A stretch of 64,000 nt of DNA, taken from positions 4,049-68,048 of the forward strand of contig CAIZGG010000282.1 in the NCBI GenBank assembly GCA_903932425.1, in the 5' to 3' direction. Shown in pieces: positions 49,192-58,992 of this stretch. Below the pieces are notes generated by a model. The model saw only the letters and a list, made by a program, of their open reading frames with translations, was not told the DNA's origin and made no database searches. Position 1 is the stretch's first letter. Every line of letters begins with the position of its first letter. Position numbers and translations under genes: made by a program. This DNA comes from an uncultured beta proteobacterium (lineage in GTDB: Bacteria > Pseudomonadota > Gammaproteobacteria > Burkholderiales > Burkholderiaceae_B).

Positions 49192-50094
49192 ATGAAGCTT
49201 GGTTTAATTGGCCTTGGCAACATGGGTAGCCATTTTGGTAGCCGGTTTTTGGCAGCAGGTCATGAGCTTGTCGTGTATGACACTAACCCCGAGGCCTTAG
49301 ACCGCTTAAAACAAAAAGGTGCTCGCGTGGCGGGCAGTGCCCAAGCGATGGCAGATGAGGTCGAGTTTGTGTTGTTGTGTTTACCCATGCCTTCAATTGT
49401 GCAGGCTGTGGTGCAAGGCCCTGCCGGCGTTATGCAGGGCAAGGCGGTGAAGGTGATTGTTGATCTGTCGACAACGGGCCCTTCGGTCACTGACTCAGTC
49501 GCCGACGCCGCTGCGGCAAAGCAAATTCAGTGGGTCGGGGCTCCGGTAAGTGGAGGCACGACGGGGGCAGAGAAGGGCACGCTCACTTTGATGGCGTCGG
49601 GCCCAACGGCCGCTTTCGAGCAAGTGAAGCCTTTATTATCAGTGTTGGGTACAAATATCTTTTACTTGGGCGAGCAAGCTAGCCTGGGTCAGACAATGAA
49701 GATCATTAACAACACGCTTTGCGCGGTCAACATTGTGGCAAGTTGCGAAACCTTGGTTTACGGAGCCAAAGCAGGGCTAGATGCCAAAACAATGTTAGAT
49801 GTCATTAACGTGTCGAGTGGTCGCTCGTTTATTACGCAAGAAAAAGTGCCTCAGTGCATCTTGAATCGAGAGTTTCCGACGCGCTTCACGACTGATTTGT
49901 TGCACAAAGATATTAAGCTTTGCATTGAAGAGGCTGAAAAGCTTGGGGTGCCTATGACGGTGAGCCCCGCCGCTCGTCAGTTTTTATCCTTTGCAATTGG
50001 GCAAGGCGATGGCCCCAAAGACTATGCCAATATCATTAAGCATATCGAGGGTTGGGCGGGCGCCGAATTTGGTACCGCGCAGTCCAAGCAATAG
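49192..50094 (+). CDS. Beta-hydroxyacid dehydrogenase (3-hydroxyisobutyrate/tartronate semialdehyde reductase family)
   Basis: GLGNMG, DLST, APVSGG, KIINN, KD. Confidence 0.88.
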   Translation: MKLGLIGLGNMGSHFGSRFLAAGHELVVYDTNPEALDRLKQKGARVAGSAQAMADEVEFVLLCLPMPSIVQAVVQGPAGVMQGKAVKVIVDLSTTGPSVTDSVADAAAAKQIQWVGAPVSGGTTGAEKGTLTLMASGPTAAFEQVKPLLSVLGTNIFYLGEQASLGQTMKIINNTLCAVNIVASCETLVYGAKAGLDAKTMLDVINVSSGRSFITQEKVPQCILNREFPTRFTTDLLHKDIKLCIEEAEKLGVPMTVSPAARQFLSFAIGQGDGPKDYANIIKHIEGWAGAEFGTAQSKQ

Positions 50095-50130
50095 TTTGAC
50101 TGTTTTTTCACTATTTACGTTGAGGTGCCT

Positions 50131-50997
50131 ATGAAGTTTCGTTTTCTTGTTAGTGCAACGGCTCTTGCTACTGCGTTCGCGATGAATCCGGTCTTTGCGC
50201 AATCGGCAGAGTCAACCCAACTCGGTGATGAAAAGTATCAGCCGCGTGTGGGGCAAAGTGGTAAGGATGTCATTTGGGTGCCCACCAACGACGCCGTAGC
50301 CGACGCGATGCTGAAGGTCGCGAAGGTCAGGCCAACCGATCTCGTGTACGACTTGGGCGCCGGGGACGGAAAAATCGCGATCGCCGCGGCAAAAAACTTT
50401 GGCGCGACTGCGGTGGGGATCGAATACAACAAAGATATGGCAGAGCTCGCCAGACGCAACACCGAGCGGGCAGGGGTGTCGGATAAAGTCAAAATTATCC
50501 ACGGCGATATTTTTGTTGAAGACTTTTCAAAAGCGACCGTGGTGACGATGTACCTGTTGCCCGATCTGAACTTAAAAATCCGTCCTACCATCCTAAAAAT
50601 GGCGCCAGGCACGCGTATTGTGACCAACTCGTTCAACATGGGTGATTGGGAGCCTGACGATACGATTGGTACAGGCTACGCGCAGGGCTATTTCTGGATT
50701 GTGCCGGGCAAGGCTGCCGGCAAGTGGGCGCTAAAAGGGATGGAGGGCTCGCAACAAGAGGCCACGCTCGAACTGACGCAGAGCTATCAGCGCGTTGGTG
50801 GCACCATTAAGTTGTACGGCACCACGCAGCCAATTCTCGGGGCAACACTGACAGGGAACCGTTTGAAATTTACCTTCCTGGACCACAGCAAGCAGTCTCG
50901 GATCATCGAGGCAACCATTAACGGCGATGAGTTGTCAGGCCAGGTCCTTGAGAATTCACCACTCTATTCAATTACAGGCACGCGTACTTCACAATGA
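50131..50997 (+). CDS. Class I SAM-dependent methyltransferase with a predicted signal peptide and C-terminal beta domain
   Basis: MKFRFLVSATALATAFAMNPVFA-Q, DVIWVPT, VYDLGAGDG, GIE, GDIF..D, MYLLP. Confidence 0.85.
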   Translation: MKFRFLVSATALATAFAMNPVFAQSAESTQLGDEKYQPRVGQSGKDVIWVPTNDAVADAMLKVAKVRPTDLVYDLGAGDGKIAIAAAKNFGATAVGIEYNKDMAELARRNTERAGVSDKVKIIHGDIFVEDFSKATVVTMYLLPDLNLKIRPTILKMAPGTRIVTNSFNMGDWEPDDTIGTGYAQGYFWIVPGKAAGKWALKGMEGSQQEATLELTQSYQRVGGTIKLYGTTQPILGATLTGNRLKFTFLDHSKQSRIIEATINGDELSGQVLENSPLYSITGTRTSQ

Positions 50998-52340
50998 CGT
51001 CTTCTACTGTCGCTAGCAATCAGCCCACCCAACAACTCAGCGCTTTTAGTGCCATCGCCATCATTGTTGGCCTTGTGATTGGTGCAGGTATTTTTAAAAC
51101 ACCTTCGATGGTCGCCGGTGTCACGGGTGATGCAGGGTGGTTAATCGTGGCCTGGGTGTTGGGGGGCGTCATCTCTTTGGCTGGCGCACTTTGCTACGCA
51201 GAGCTTGCCACAACGTATCCGCATGCAGGGGGGGATTATCACTTTTTGGCCCGAGCCTTTGGCAAGCCAGCCTCCTTTTTATATGCATGGGCTAAAGCAA
51301 CGGTGATCAACACGGGTTCGATCGCGTTGCTGGCGTTTGTGTTTGGCGATTACATGAGCAAAGTTGTGAATTTGGGACCGCACTCTACGGCACTTTGGGC
51401 CATTGGGATTGTGGTGGTGCTCACACTGATCAATCTTGTTGGCTTGAATGCGGCTTCGTGGGTACAAACTTGCTTGACGATGATCGAGGTCACGGGCTTG
51501 CTTTGTGTGGCGGTTGCGGGTTTTGTGTTGTCGGGCGACGCCCCCGCATCGCCGGCGCTGTTTTCCTCTTCTCCCAGTTTAGGCATGTTTGGTTTGGCCA
51601 TGGTGTTTGTATTGCTGACCTACGGCGGCTGGAATGAAGCGGCCTATATCTCGGCCGAGGTACGCGGCGGCAAGCGCGCGATTGTGCCTGTGATTGTGAT
51701 CAGTATCGTGATTCTGACGGTGATCTATTTGCTTTTCAATATCGCGGTCTTAGCTGGCTTGGGCTTGTCGGGTCTGGCTGGAAGCAAAGCGGTCGCGGCC
51801 GACCTCATGGGTAAGGCCTTTGGCCCTTGGGGCGAAAAAATGCTTGGGATTTTTGTGGCCGTATCTGCCTTAACCAGTATTAATGCAACCATGATTGTGG
51901 GAGCGCGCACCAATTACGCGCTGGGACGTGACTGGCCTGCCCTGCGGTTTATGGGTAATTGGCACGCCGAGCGCGGGTCGCCCGTTGCAGCCTATGTGGT
52001 GCAGTCGCTCTTGAGTTTGGCCTTGGTGGGCCTGGGTGTCTGGCAGACCGATGGGTTCGAGGTCATGGTTGAGTTCACCGCACCGGTATTTTGGGCGTTT
52101 CTGTTTTTAGTGGGGGTTTCTCTGTTTGTGATGCGAGTCAAAGACCCTCAGGCAGAGCGTCCTTTTAAAGTACCGCTGTACCCCTTTACCCCTATTTTGT
52201 TTTGTCTGACGTGTGGTTACCTCACGTATTCAAGCGTGACCTACGCCATGAGTAAGGGAGCCGTTTATATTTCTTTGCTCGTGATGGCAGTTGGCGTTGT
52301 GGCGCTGGCGATTACTCATTTCTCTAAAAAAGCTGCCTGA
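50994..52340 (+). CDS. APC-family amino-acid permease
   Basis: IGAGIFKTP, YAELAT..P.AGG, YGGWNE, RPFKVPLYP. ATGA overlap with the methyltransferase. Confidence 0.9.
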   Translation: MTSSTVASNQPTQQLSAFSAIAIIVGLVIGAGIFKTPSMVAGVTGDAGWLIVAWVLGGVISLAGALCYAELATTYPHAGGDYHFLARAFGKPASFLYAWAKATVINTGSIALLAFVFGDYMSKVVNLGPHSTALWAIGIVVVLTLINLVGLNAASWVQTCLTMIEVTGLLCVAVAGFVLSGDAPASPALFSSSPSLGMFGLAMVFVLLTYGGWNEAAYISAEVRGGKRAIVPVIVISIVILTVIYLLFNIAVLAGLGLSGLAGSKAVAADLMGKAFGPWGEKMLGIFVAVSALTSINATMIVGARTNYALGRDWPALRFMGNWHAERGSPVAAYVVQSLLSLALVGLGVWQTDGFEVMVEFTAPVFWAFLFLVGVSLFVMRVKDPQAERPFKVPLYPFTPILFCLTCGYLTYSSVTYAMSKGAVYISLLVMAVGVVALAITHFSKKAA

Positions 52341-52389
52341 TCGTCAGCACTTGTCCAGCAGGTGAGGGGGCCTCGAGGGTTCAGGAAAG

Positions 52390-54252
52390 ATGCCAAAATT
52401 GTTTGAGTGCGAAATCGCCCTGACTTCAACGCAGTTGCTGTCAGACCCGCGCTTGGGCAGTTGGGTGGGCCATACGTTAGAGCTTTGGCTATTTGAAGGC
52501 TTGCAGGCGCGCCAGGCGTTAGCCAGCCAACTGCAGCAGCGTGGTATCCAGGCGCGGGTGCGAAGCGCATACAAGCCACTACTTCACGCCTTTTTAGAAG
52601 AGGTTGACGCCGCGACGCTTGCCTCGGTGGTCATTGAGTATCCGCGCCATGAGGCGGCCGACCCGCGACGGTTTTTGCTTGAAGGCTATCCCTTAGAATC
52701 GCTGCTCCCTGGCGTTGACGTGTCTTGGGTTGCCTCGCAAGTGATCGCCTCGGGCTCACTTGAACAACCTACCTATCAAATCAGGTTGACAGACCGCTTG
52801 GGCGTGCTGCATACGCATTCGCTTCTTGCACCCAATCTACTCAAGACGGATTTGGCACTTGAGCAAACGTTGCTCTGTCCGACAGGGTATTTGAGAGTCA
52901 GCGACGCGCAGTCGTTTCAGGTGTTACATGCCCAACGGCTTGAGACCGAATTTGAGCAAGCGTTTCAGGCGCTGATGCGTTGGGTGACCGAGCACCCCTG
53001 GGTGAGCGATGAGCCATACTTCGAGAGACTTTTGCTAAGCGTTGAGTTGCCTGGTATCGAAACAGTCGATCGGCAGGGCAGGCTGCTAGCCAGCACCTAC
53101 GAGGCGTTGCACGAAGATCTGTATTTTTCGGTACTTGAGTTTTTTCATCGCCGTTCAAAAAGACCGGCGGGCGATCGTGGCTTGCAACCCGGTCAGATTG
53201 TGCCTGACGTGCGCGTTGGGAAAGACGTTGTTAAGGTGCGTGTCGAATATTACCCGGCGGGCTCTAAGCTTGCAGATTTGCAACAAACGACACTAGAGAC
53301 TGTTCAGGCGCTCGGTGCCAAGCTCAATCCAGCAACCAATTCATCAATCAATCTAGCATTCGATCCAGCAATCGATCTTGAACGTTGTTCTGGGGCGCTT
53401 TCGTCCGAGTCAGTTCATGCCGCGCTTGCTTTATTGTCGGGTCAAAACTTTGAGGCACTTTCTCGCCAGGGGCGTCTGGTAAAGGGCGTGTATTGCCCTG
53501 GTAGTTTGCCAGCTGTTGTGTTGACGGGCGGCCAGCATGCCAATGAAGCCTCGGGCGTGGTCGGTGCGCTAAGAGGCGCTCAGTGGTTAGCCGCACAGCC
53601 ACTGGCTCACTTTGCCGTGGTGCCACTTGAAAACCCCGATGGCTACGAGCTTTTTGCGCAATACCGTGCCATTCACCCACAGCATATGCATCATGCGGCG
53701 CGTTATACGGGCTTAGGTGACGATCTTGAGTATCGCGAGCGAGCACCCTGGTATGAAACCGGTGCACGCAGGCAAGCCGTTGCGCTCACGCAAGCTCAGT
53801 TGCACCTGAGCCTGCACGGATATCCGGCGCACGAGTGGACGCGGCCGCTTACGGGTTACGTGCCGCGCGGCTTTACCTTATGGAGCCTGCCGAAAGGTTT
53901 CTTTTTGATTGTGCGCTATCAGGCCGCCTACAAAGACCTTGCTCTGCGCTGGCTTGAGGCGCTGACCGAGTCAATTTCGCAGTTGCCGGGTGTTGCTGAA
54001 TTTAATCGTACGCAACTCAAGCGTTACGAGTCATATCTTGGCTCGGGTGGTTTTGAGCTCAAGCATGGTGTCGCTTGCGTACTTTCACAAAACGATCAGC
54101 AAAATGTTGGTGTGAAATTGGTTACAGAGTTTCCGGATGAGACTATTGTTGGCGAGGAATTTGCCTTTGCGCAGCAAGTGCAAACCGACACCGTACGTTT
54201 GGCTGTTACGCACTGGTGGCGCCTGTACGGCTCAGCACCGATAGAGGCGTGA
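52390..54252 (+). CDS. M14-family Zn carboxypeptidase-like protein
   Basis: GQHANE, ENPDG, HAARY, LHGYP, TEFPDE. Confidence 0.8.
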   Translation: MPKLFECEIALTSTQLLSDPRLGSWVGHTLELWLFEGLQARQALASQLQQRGIQARVRSAYKPLLHAFLEEVDAATLASVVIEYPRHEAADPRRFLLEGYPLESLLPGVDVSWVASQVIASGSLEQPTYQIRLTDRLGVLHTHSLLAPNLLKTDLALEQTLLCPTGYLRVSDAQSFQVLHAQRLETEFEQAFQALMRWVTEHPWVSDEPYFERLLLSVELPGIETVDRQGRLLASTYEALHEDLYFSVLEFFHRRSKRPAGDRGLQPGQIVPDVRVGKDVVKVRVEYYPAGSKLADLQQTTLETVQALGAKLNPATNSSINLAFDPAIDLERCSGALSSESVHAALALLSGQNFEALSRQGRLVKGVYCPGSLPAVVLTGGQHANEASGVVGALRGAQWLAAQPLAHFAVVPLENPDGYELFAQYRAIHPQHMHHAARYTGLGDDLEYRERAPWYETGARRQAVALTQAQLHLSLHGYPAHEWTRPLTGYVPRGFTLWSLPKGFFLIVRYQAAYKDLALRWLEALTESISQLPGVAEFNRTQLKRYESYLGSGGFELKHGVACVLSQNDQQNVGVKLVTEFPDETIVGEEFAFAQQVQTDTVRLAVTHWWRLYGSAPIEA

Positions 54253-54272
54253 GGCCTAGTGCTGACAGGCGC

Positions 54273-54593
54273 TTAGTGCTTAAGGCCCAATACAGCCAGG
54301 CTCTCGGCGTACACCACTGCGTTTTCGCATAGAAACACGACAATGTCGTCGGGATCCATGTTTTCAAGCACTTGCACCACTTGTTCTGTGCTGTCGCCAA
54401 GGGCTTCGACACCTGCAACGTGAACCTGCGCGCCACTTTCAAACACTGAGAGTGGCACAAGCTCTTCGACGACGGCCATGTCGACAACTGATACGACGAC
54501 ATAGGCCTGCACACGCAAATCATCCGCCTGCACCTCAAGCAAGACCCCGCCTTTGATGGTTTCGAGGACTTTGCTGGTGATCATGAGATCCAT
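54273..54593 (-). CDS. Acidic hypothetical protein
   Basis: Val/Glu-rich ORF starting 2 bp after the rdgC stop. Confidence 0.6.
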   Translation of the reverse strand: MDLMITSKVLETIKGGVLLEVQADDLRVQAYVVVSVVDMAVVEELVPLSVFESGAQVHVAGVEALGDSTEQVVQVLENMDPDDIVVFLCENAVVYAESLAVLGLKH

Positions 54594-54595
54594 GG

Positions 54596-55510
54596 TTACG
54601 CCGCTTTAGCTGTTAAAACTTTTTCTTCAAGTGCCTCGAGCAGCGCAGAAAGCATTTGATTTAATTCGGCGCACATCAAGGTAAAGTCGCCATCAAATTG
54701 CTCGTTGGCGTCGACGGGCATATTTTGCTCAGACTGATCCAGAATGTCTTGTGCAGCCACCCGTTTGATATCCAGGTTTTCGGTTAAGACAAACGAGACG
54801 CGGTCGTTAAAAGTGAGGGCCAGGCGCATGCATTGCTTGCCACCTTTAATGTGCTTTTGAATATCGTCACTATCCAGAGCGTGTTTCACATAACGTACCG
54901 CAGCCGCCTTGTCACCGCCCGCGCGCAACTCGGCATCCTGATCCACTGAAAAATTTGCAGGTCCATGGCCGCTGAGTACCCAGTCTGTCATGGCGGCGGC
55001 TGGGCTGATGGTGACTTGCACGGGCTCTACCGGAAAGGGATAAATAGCTTTGCCCAGCGCGGTGAGGATTTCTTCAGATTTTGATGCCGACGCGGTGTCG
55101 ATCACAAGCCAGTGATTCACCGGATCGATCCAGACGCGGGTATCTCGCGCAAGGCTAAAGGCGCGTGGCAACAGAGTTTGCGTGACTTCTTCTTTGAGAT
55201 CGCGCAACTGTTTGCGACCGGGCTTGAAGCCTTGTTGATCTTCGAGTTCTTGCGCGCGGACTTTTGCAAACTGATTAATGACAGTCGTAGGGAGCAGTTT
55301 TTTTTCGGTGCGGTACGAGCACAAGATTTGACGGTCGACTCCGTACGCAAAGCGAACGTCTTCTTCGCGCGGGGGCACCCAGCCGATTGAAAGAGGGGCT
55401 GCAGCACCCGCCGATACAAACTGTTCTTTAGCTAAAAGTGCGTCGAGTTGGGGCGCTGTCAAGTTGAACGAGGGTGACAGGCGAAATAACTTAAGATTTT
55501 TAAACCACAT
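54596..55510 (-). CDS. rdgC: Recombination-associated protein RdgC
   Basis: MWFKNL, GWVPP, EKKLLP, LLPRAF, FDGDFTLM. Confidence 0.95.
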   Translation of the reverse strand: MWFKNLKLFRLSPSFNLTAPQLDALLAKEQFVSAGAAAPLSIGWVPPREEDVRFAYGVDRQILCSYRTEKKLLPTTVINQFAKVRAQELEDQQGFKPGRKQLRDLKEEVTQTLLPRAFSLARDTRVWIDPVNHWLVIDTASASKSEEILTALGKAIYPFPVEPVQVTISPAAAMTDWVLSGHGPANFSVDQDAELRAGGDKAAAVRYVKHALDSDDIQKHIKGGKQCMRLALTFNDRVSFVLTENLDIKRVAAQDILDQSEQNMPVDANEQFDGDFTLMCAELNQMLSALLEALEEKVLTAKAA

Positions 55511-55575
55511 GACGCATCCGCAAAAAAGAAATCGATTCTAGCCGATGCGTTGTACGAAACGGACTCCTTACCAGG

Positions 55576-56196
55576 TCAAGTTTGTCCGGTCAGTCCTTCA
55601 AAGGCGGTGTGAATCACGAGATCAACAATATCCTGATCTGAGAACGCGCCACCCATCTTTAAAAAATCAGCAACCGGATCACACGAACGCGCATAGATTG
55701 TGTACAAAATGACTTCGCCGGGTAAAGAGGCAGATAGCGTGCGCGTGGCTTGTGCTTGCTCAATCCAGTCGCCGAGTTGCTCGGTCAGGGTGCCGAGTCG
55801 TTCAATATAAGGTGGGTGGCCAAGCAACGCTTGCTGGATACTTGATCGGGTAGACGGGAGCAGGGGCATTGTGCCCTTTAAGTGTTCAGTCACTGCCCAG
55901 CGCATCACCGCCTTGAGTTTGTCAATCGGCGCCTGAGGCTCGGGCAGCCCCTGGGCAAGAGCGATGGCGTGTTCAAGCAGCCGAGTCATTGAAGCGGCGG
56001 CAAGCTGCTCTTTTGACTGAAAGTGCTTGTAGAGGCTGGCCTTCGCAATCCCGACATCGGCCGCAACCTCGTCCATCGTCATGAGATCAAAGCCTTTTTG
56101 GGCGAGCAGGCGATTTACTGCGTCAAGAATCGCATTCTCACGAAATTGCAATTGCTGTTGTTTGAACGACAGCTTAACGGGAGCGGTTTCAATCAT
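55576..56196 (-). CDS. TetR/AcrR transcriptional regulator
   Basis: HTH GFDLMTMDEVAADVGIAKASLYKHF; divergent from the lipid cluster. Confidence 0.92.
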   Translation of the reverse strand: MIETAPVKLSFKQQQLQFRENAILDAVNRLLAQKGFDLMTMDEVAADVGIAKASLYKHFQSKEQLAAASMTRLLEHAIALAQGLPEPQAPIDKLKAVMRWAVTEHLKGTMPLLPSTRSSIQQALLGHPPYIERLGTLTEQLGDWIEQAQATRTLSASLPGEVILYTIYARSCDPVADFLKMGGAFSDQDIVDLVIHTAFEGLTGQT

Positions 56197-56244
56197 TTAA
56201 TTTTTTCGGTAGGTGCAGAATTATGTCCAATAAGTATATTTTAT

Positions 56245-56279
56245 TACTAATCAGTATTTTTTGTATACGTTATGGTATA
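56245..56279. promoter_or_regulatory. Putative TetR operators (TAC-N6-GTA twice, 21 bp apart)
   Basis: TACTAATCAGTA (56245-56256) and TATACGTTATGGTATA (56264-56279) in the AT-rich divergent intergenic region. Confidence 0.45.
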
Positions 56280-56322
56280 AATATCCGGTAGACTTTTACC
56301 ATTTACTTAAATAAGCTTAATT

Positions 56323-56850
56323 ATGACCGCAAATGCACTCTTTGAGGATTTTTCCTCAACGTCCGAACTCGAACGCTTACCTGAGTACTTGCATGCGCAA
56401 GTGGGTGAGGCGTGGGCGCTTTGCGGGAAAGGTATTTTCAGCTGGAGCGTCTTTAAGTTTTATACGATCCGCTTGCTGACGGCTTCCGGTGACTTTGATC
56501 CAGAGCAGCCTTACATTCTGGACCTCACTTATTTACGCAAGTTGTCCGCGCAGCAAATTGTGACGATCTCGGTGCAAGAAATTGAGCGTCTAGTGACGCC
56601 TGCCGCTGAGCAAACTGCGCACTGGCGTCAGGCGCTTGAGGCGATCGTACCCGACGTCAGTCTTGGAGATCGGCTGTTGGGATGGTTCAGGCCGGGCGAG
56701 GGGGTCGAGTTTTTTTCTGCCATTGCCGCACTTGGTGCGATCCCTGATGCAGAGTTTGCGCGTGCCTTCGCGGCCATCTGGCTCGATCCTCGCACGCAGC
56801 GTCCTGCGTTGCGCCAGGCGTTGCTCGGCAAAGATCGTTCAGCAATATGA
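56323..56850 (+). CDS. Chalcone-isomerase-fold protein (no signal peptide)
   Basis: G.G.FSWSVFKFY, LDLTYLR, PDVSLGD, FAAIWLDPRT..PALRQALLG. Confidence 0.8.
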   Translation: MTANALFEDFSSTSELERLPEYLHAQVGEAWALCGKGIFSWSVFKFYTIRLLTASGDFDPEQPYILDLTYLRKLSAQQIVTISVQEIERLVTPAAEQTAHWRQALEAIVPDVSLGDRLLGWFRPGEGVEFFSAIAALGAIPDAEFARAFAAIWLDPRTQRPALRQALLGKDRSAI

Positions 56851-58196
56851 CCCAACACCTTCAGGGATCTTCGGTGAGTATGCCTGTTGCGCCCGCGTGG
56901 GCTAGCGCAGGCTCTGTGCCTCCTTCAGGCAGTCGCATCGCCGTGGTGGGCGCAGGGATTGCGGGCCTTTCGACCGCGTGGTTACTGGCAGACAAGTATC
57001 GCGTCACCCTGTTTGAGGCAGGTGATTATTTTGGCGGGCACTCGAATACCGTCGACGTTACCCTAGAGGGGCTCACGCACCCCGTTGATACCGGGTTTCT
57101 GGTTCACAACGATTTGACCTACCCAAATTTAGTGCCGCTCCTGGCGCATTTAGGTGTGCCCGTTCACGCCAGTGACATGTCTTTTGGTGTTTCGATTCAT
57201 CAACCCGACATCGAGTGGGCTGGTACGAACCTTTGGTCAGTCTTTGCCCAGCCAACGAACTTGTTTCGTCCGAAGTTTCTGGGGATGTTGCGCGATATCT
57301 TACGTTTTAATCGCGAGGCTGAGCGCTACTTGCTAGAAGCGCAACGCACCCCCATGACGCTCGCCAGCCTGCTCAAACGCGAAAAATTTGGTCAGGCGAT
57401 GCAAGACTGGTATTTGTTGCCCATGGCGGCTGCGATCTGGTCTGCACCCGTGAGCGCGGTGCTTGAGTTTTCGGCCGCAACCTTTATTGCTTTTTGTTTG
57501 AATCACCGGTTATTGCAGATCGATGACCGGCCGCAGTGGAAAACCATCCTAGGCGGGTCGCGCGTATACGTGCAGGCGATGCTCAAACGCCTCACCGACA
57601 CGCGTCTGGCTTGCCCTGTGCAACAGGTGCAGCGCAGCGACCAAGGGGTCACGATCACCTCGCGAGCCGGGGTCGAGAACTTTGACGCGGTTGTCATGGC
57701 CTGTCATGCGCCAACGACGCTCGCGTTGCTCGATGCGACCTCCGACGAGCGTCGTGTGTTAGCGGGCTTTCGCTACCAACCGAATGAAGCGATTTTGCAT
57801 ACTGATGTCGCTTTATTGCCGCGGCGAAAAAAAGTATGGTCAGCCTGGAACTACATGGCCGTAGGCGGGCAGGGGGCTGAGCGACCCGTTGCTGTGAGTT
57901 ATTTAATCAATCAACTACAGCCCTTGCCGTTTCAAACCCCCGTTGTTGTGACGCTTAACCCGCACCAAGCGCCAGAGGCTTCCAAAGTGCTTGCGCGCTT
58001 CTCGTATGAGCATCCGGTTTTGGACCAAACCGCAAGCATGGCTCAGCTAGAGTTGCCCAAGTTGCAAGGTCAGCAAAGAACGTGGTTTTGTGGTGCCTGG
58101 AGCGGTTTTGGCTTTCACGAGGATGGCTTGAAGTCGGCTCTGCGTGTGGCGCGTGATTTTGGGGTGACTCCACCCTGGCAGGCCGTCTATGACTGA
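56847..58196 (+). CDS. FAD-dependent oxidoreductase (amine-oxidase fold; UfaD/RSP1091-like fatty-acyl desaturase)
   Basis: GAGIAG, GGHSNT, VDTGFLV.N..TYP, AAIWS, WSAWNY, YEHP, GFHEDG. Confidence 0.85.
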   Translation: MTQHLQGSSVSMPVAPAWASAGSVPPSGSRIAVVGAGIAGLSTAWLLADKYRVTLFEAGDYFGGHSNTVDVTLEGLTHPVDTGFLVHNDLTYPNLVPLLAHLGVPVHASDMSFGVSIHQPDIEWAGTNLWSVFAQPTNLFRPKFLGMLRDILRFNREAERYLLEAQRTPMTLASLLKREKFGQAMQDWYLLPMAAAIWSAPVSAVLEFSAATFIAFCLNHRLLQIDDRPQWKTILGGSRVYVQAMLKRLTDTRLACPVQQVQRSDQGVTITSRAGVENFDAVVMACHAPTTLALLDATSDERRVLAGFRYQPNEAILHTDVALLPRRKKVWSAWNYMAVGGQGAERPVAVSYLINQLQPLPFQTPVVVTLNPHQAPEASKVLARFSYEHPVLDQTASMAQLELPKLQGQQRTWFCGAWSGFGFHEDGLKSALRVARDFGVTPPWQAVYD

Positions 58197-58992
58197 AGGC
58201 GTGCTTTTGCTGTGTCGTGGCCGTGTCATGCATGTGCGTTTGCGACCATTTTTACACCGCTTTGTCTACCGGGTATTTTGCTTGCGCTTACGTGTAGATC
58301 GTCCTAAAGAGTTAGCACGCCAAACGAGTTGGTTGTTTGGCGTTGAGTGTGCTCGGCCCGTTAGTTTTCGCAGTGTCGATCATGGTGCGCGTGATGGCTC
58401 TGACCTGCTGCAATGGTTGTCACGTACCCTCGATGCCAGTGATGTGCGCTTTGAAGTGGGGGCGGTCTGGTTGCAATGTTTTCCCAGAGTCTTTGGCTAT
58501 GTCTTTAATCCTGTCAGTTTTTGGCTGGTTCATGATCGCGACGGGGTGCTGCGCGCTGTCCTGGCCGAAGTAAACAACACCTTTGGGCAGCGCCATCAAT
58601 ATGTATTAACGGCGCCAAACCTGGAACCCATCCAAGCAACCAGCGGGCTTGCTTGTCAAAAGGTGTTTCACGTATCGCCCTTTTGCGACGTCCAGGGGCG
58701 CTATCAGTTTGAACTTGATGAGCGCGCGGGCCAACCGCGACTGGCGATTGATTATTTTGATGACGAACAGAATCCTCAGCCTCTGTTGCGTACAGCGATT
58801 GTGGTGCAACCGCAGCCCTTGCGCACCCGTGCACTGCTCGCCGCGTGTCTGACGATGCCCATGATGACTCTCGGGGTGATGCTACGTATTCATGTGCAAG
58901 CATTTAAACTCTGGCGGCGCGGAGCAAAGTACCGGCCTGTACCGGCCTTGCCAACGGATGAAGTCACCCACAATTTTACGGTTCGAAAATGA
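58189..58992 (+). CDS. DUF1365 protein (UfaO/RSP1090-like)
   Basis: H.RLRP..H.F.Y, PRVFGYVFNPVSFW, AEVNNTF, K.FHVSPF, IHVQAFKLW. Confidence 0.88.
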   Translation: MTEGVLLLCRGRVMHVRLRPFLHRFVYRVFCLRLRVDRPKELARQTSWLFGVECARPVSFRSVDHGARDGSDLLQWLSRTLDASDVRFEVGAVWLQCFPRVFGYVFNPVSFWLVHDRDGVLRAVLAEVNNTFGQRHQYVLTAPNLEPIQATSGLACQKVFHVSPFCDVQGRYQFELDERAGQPRLAIDYFDDEQNPQPLLRTAIVVQPQPLRTRALLAACLTMPMMTLGVMLRIHVQAFKLWRRGAKYRPVPALPTDEVTHNFTVRK

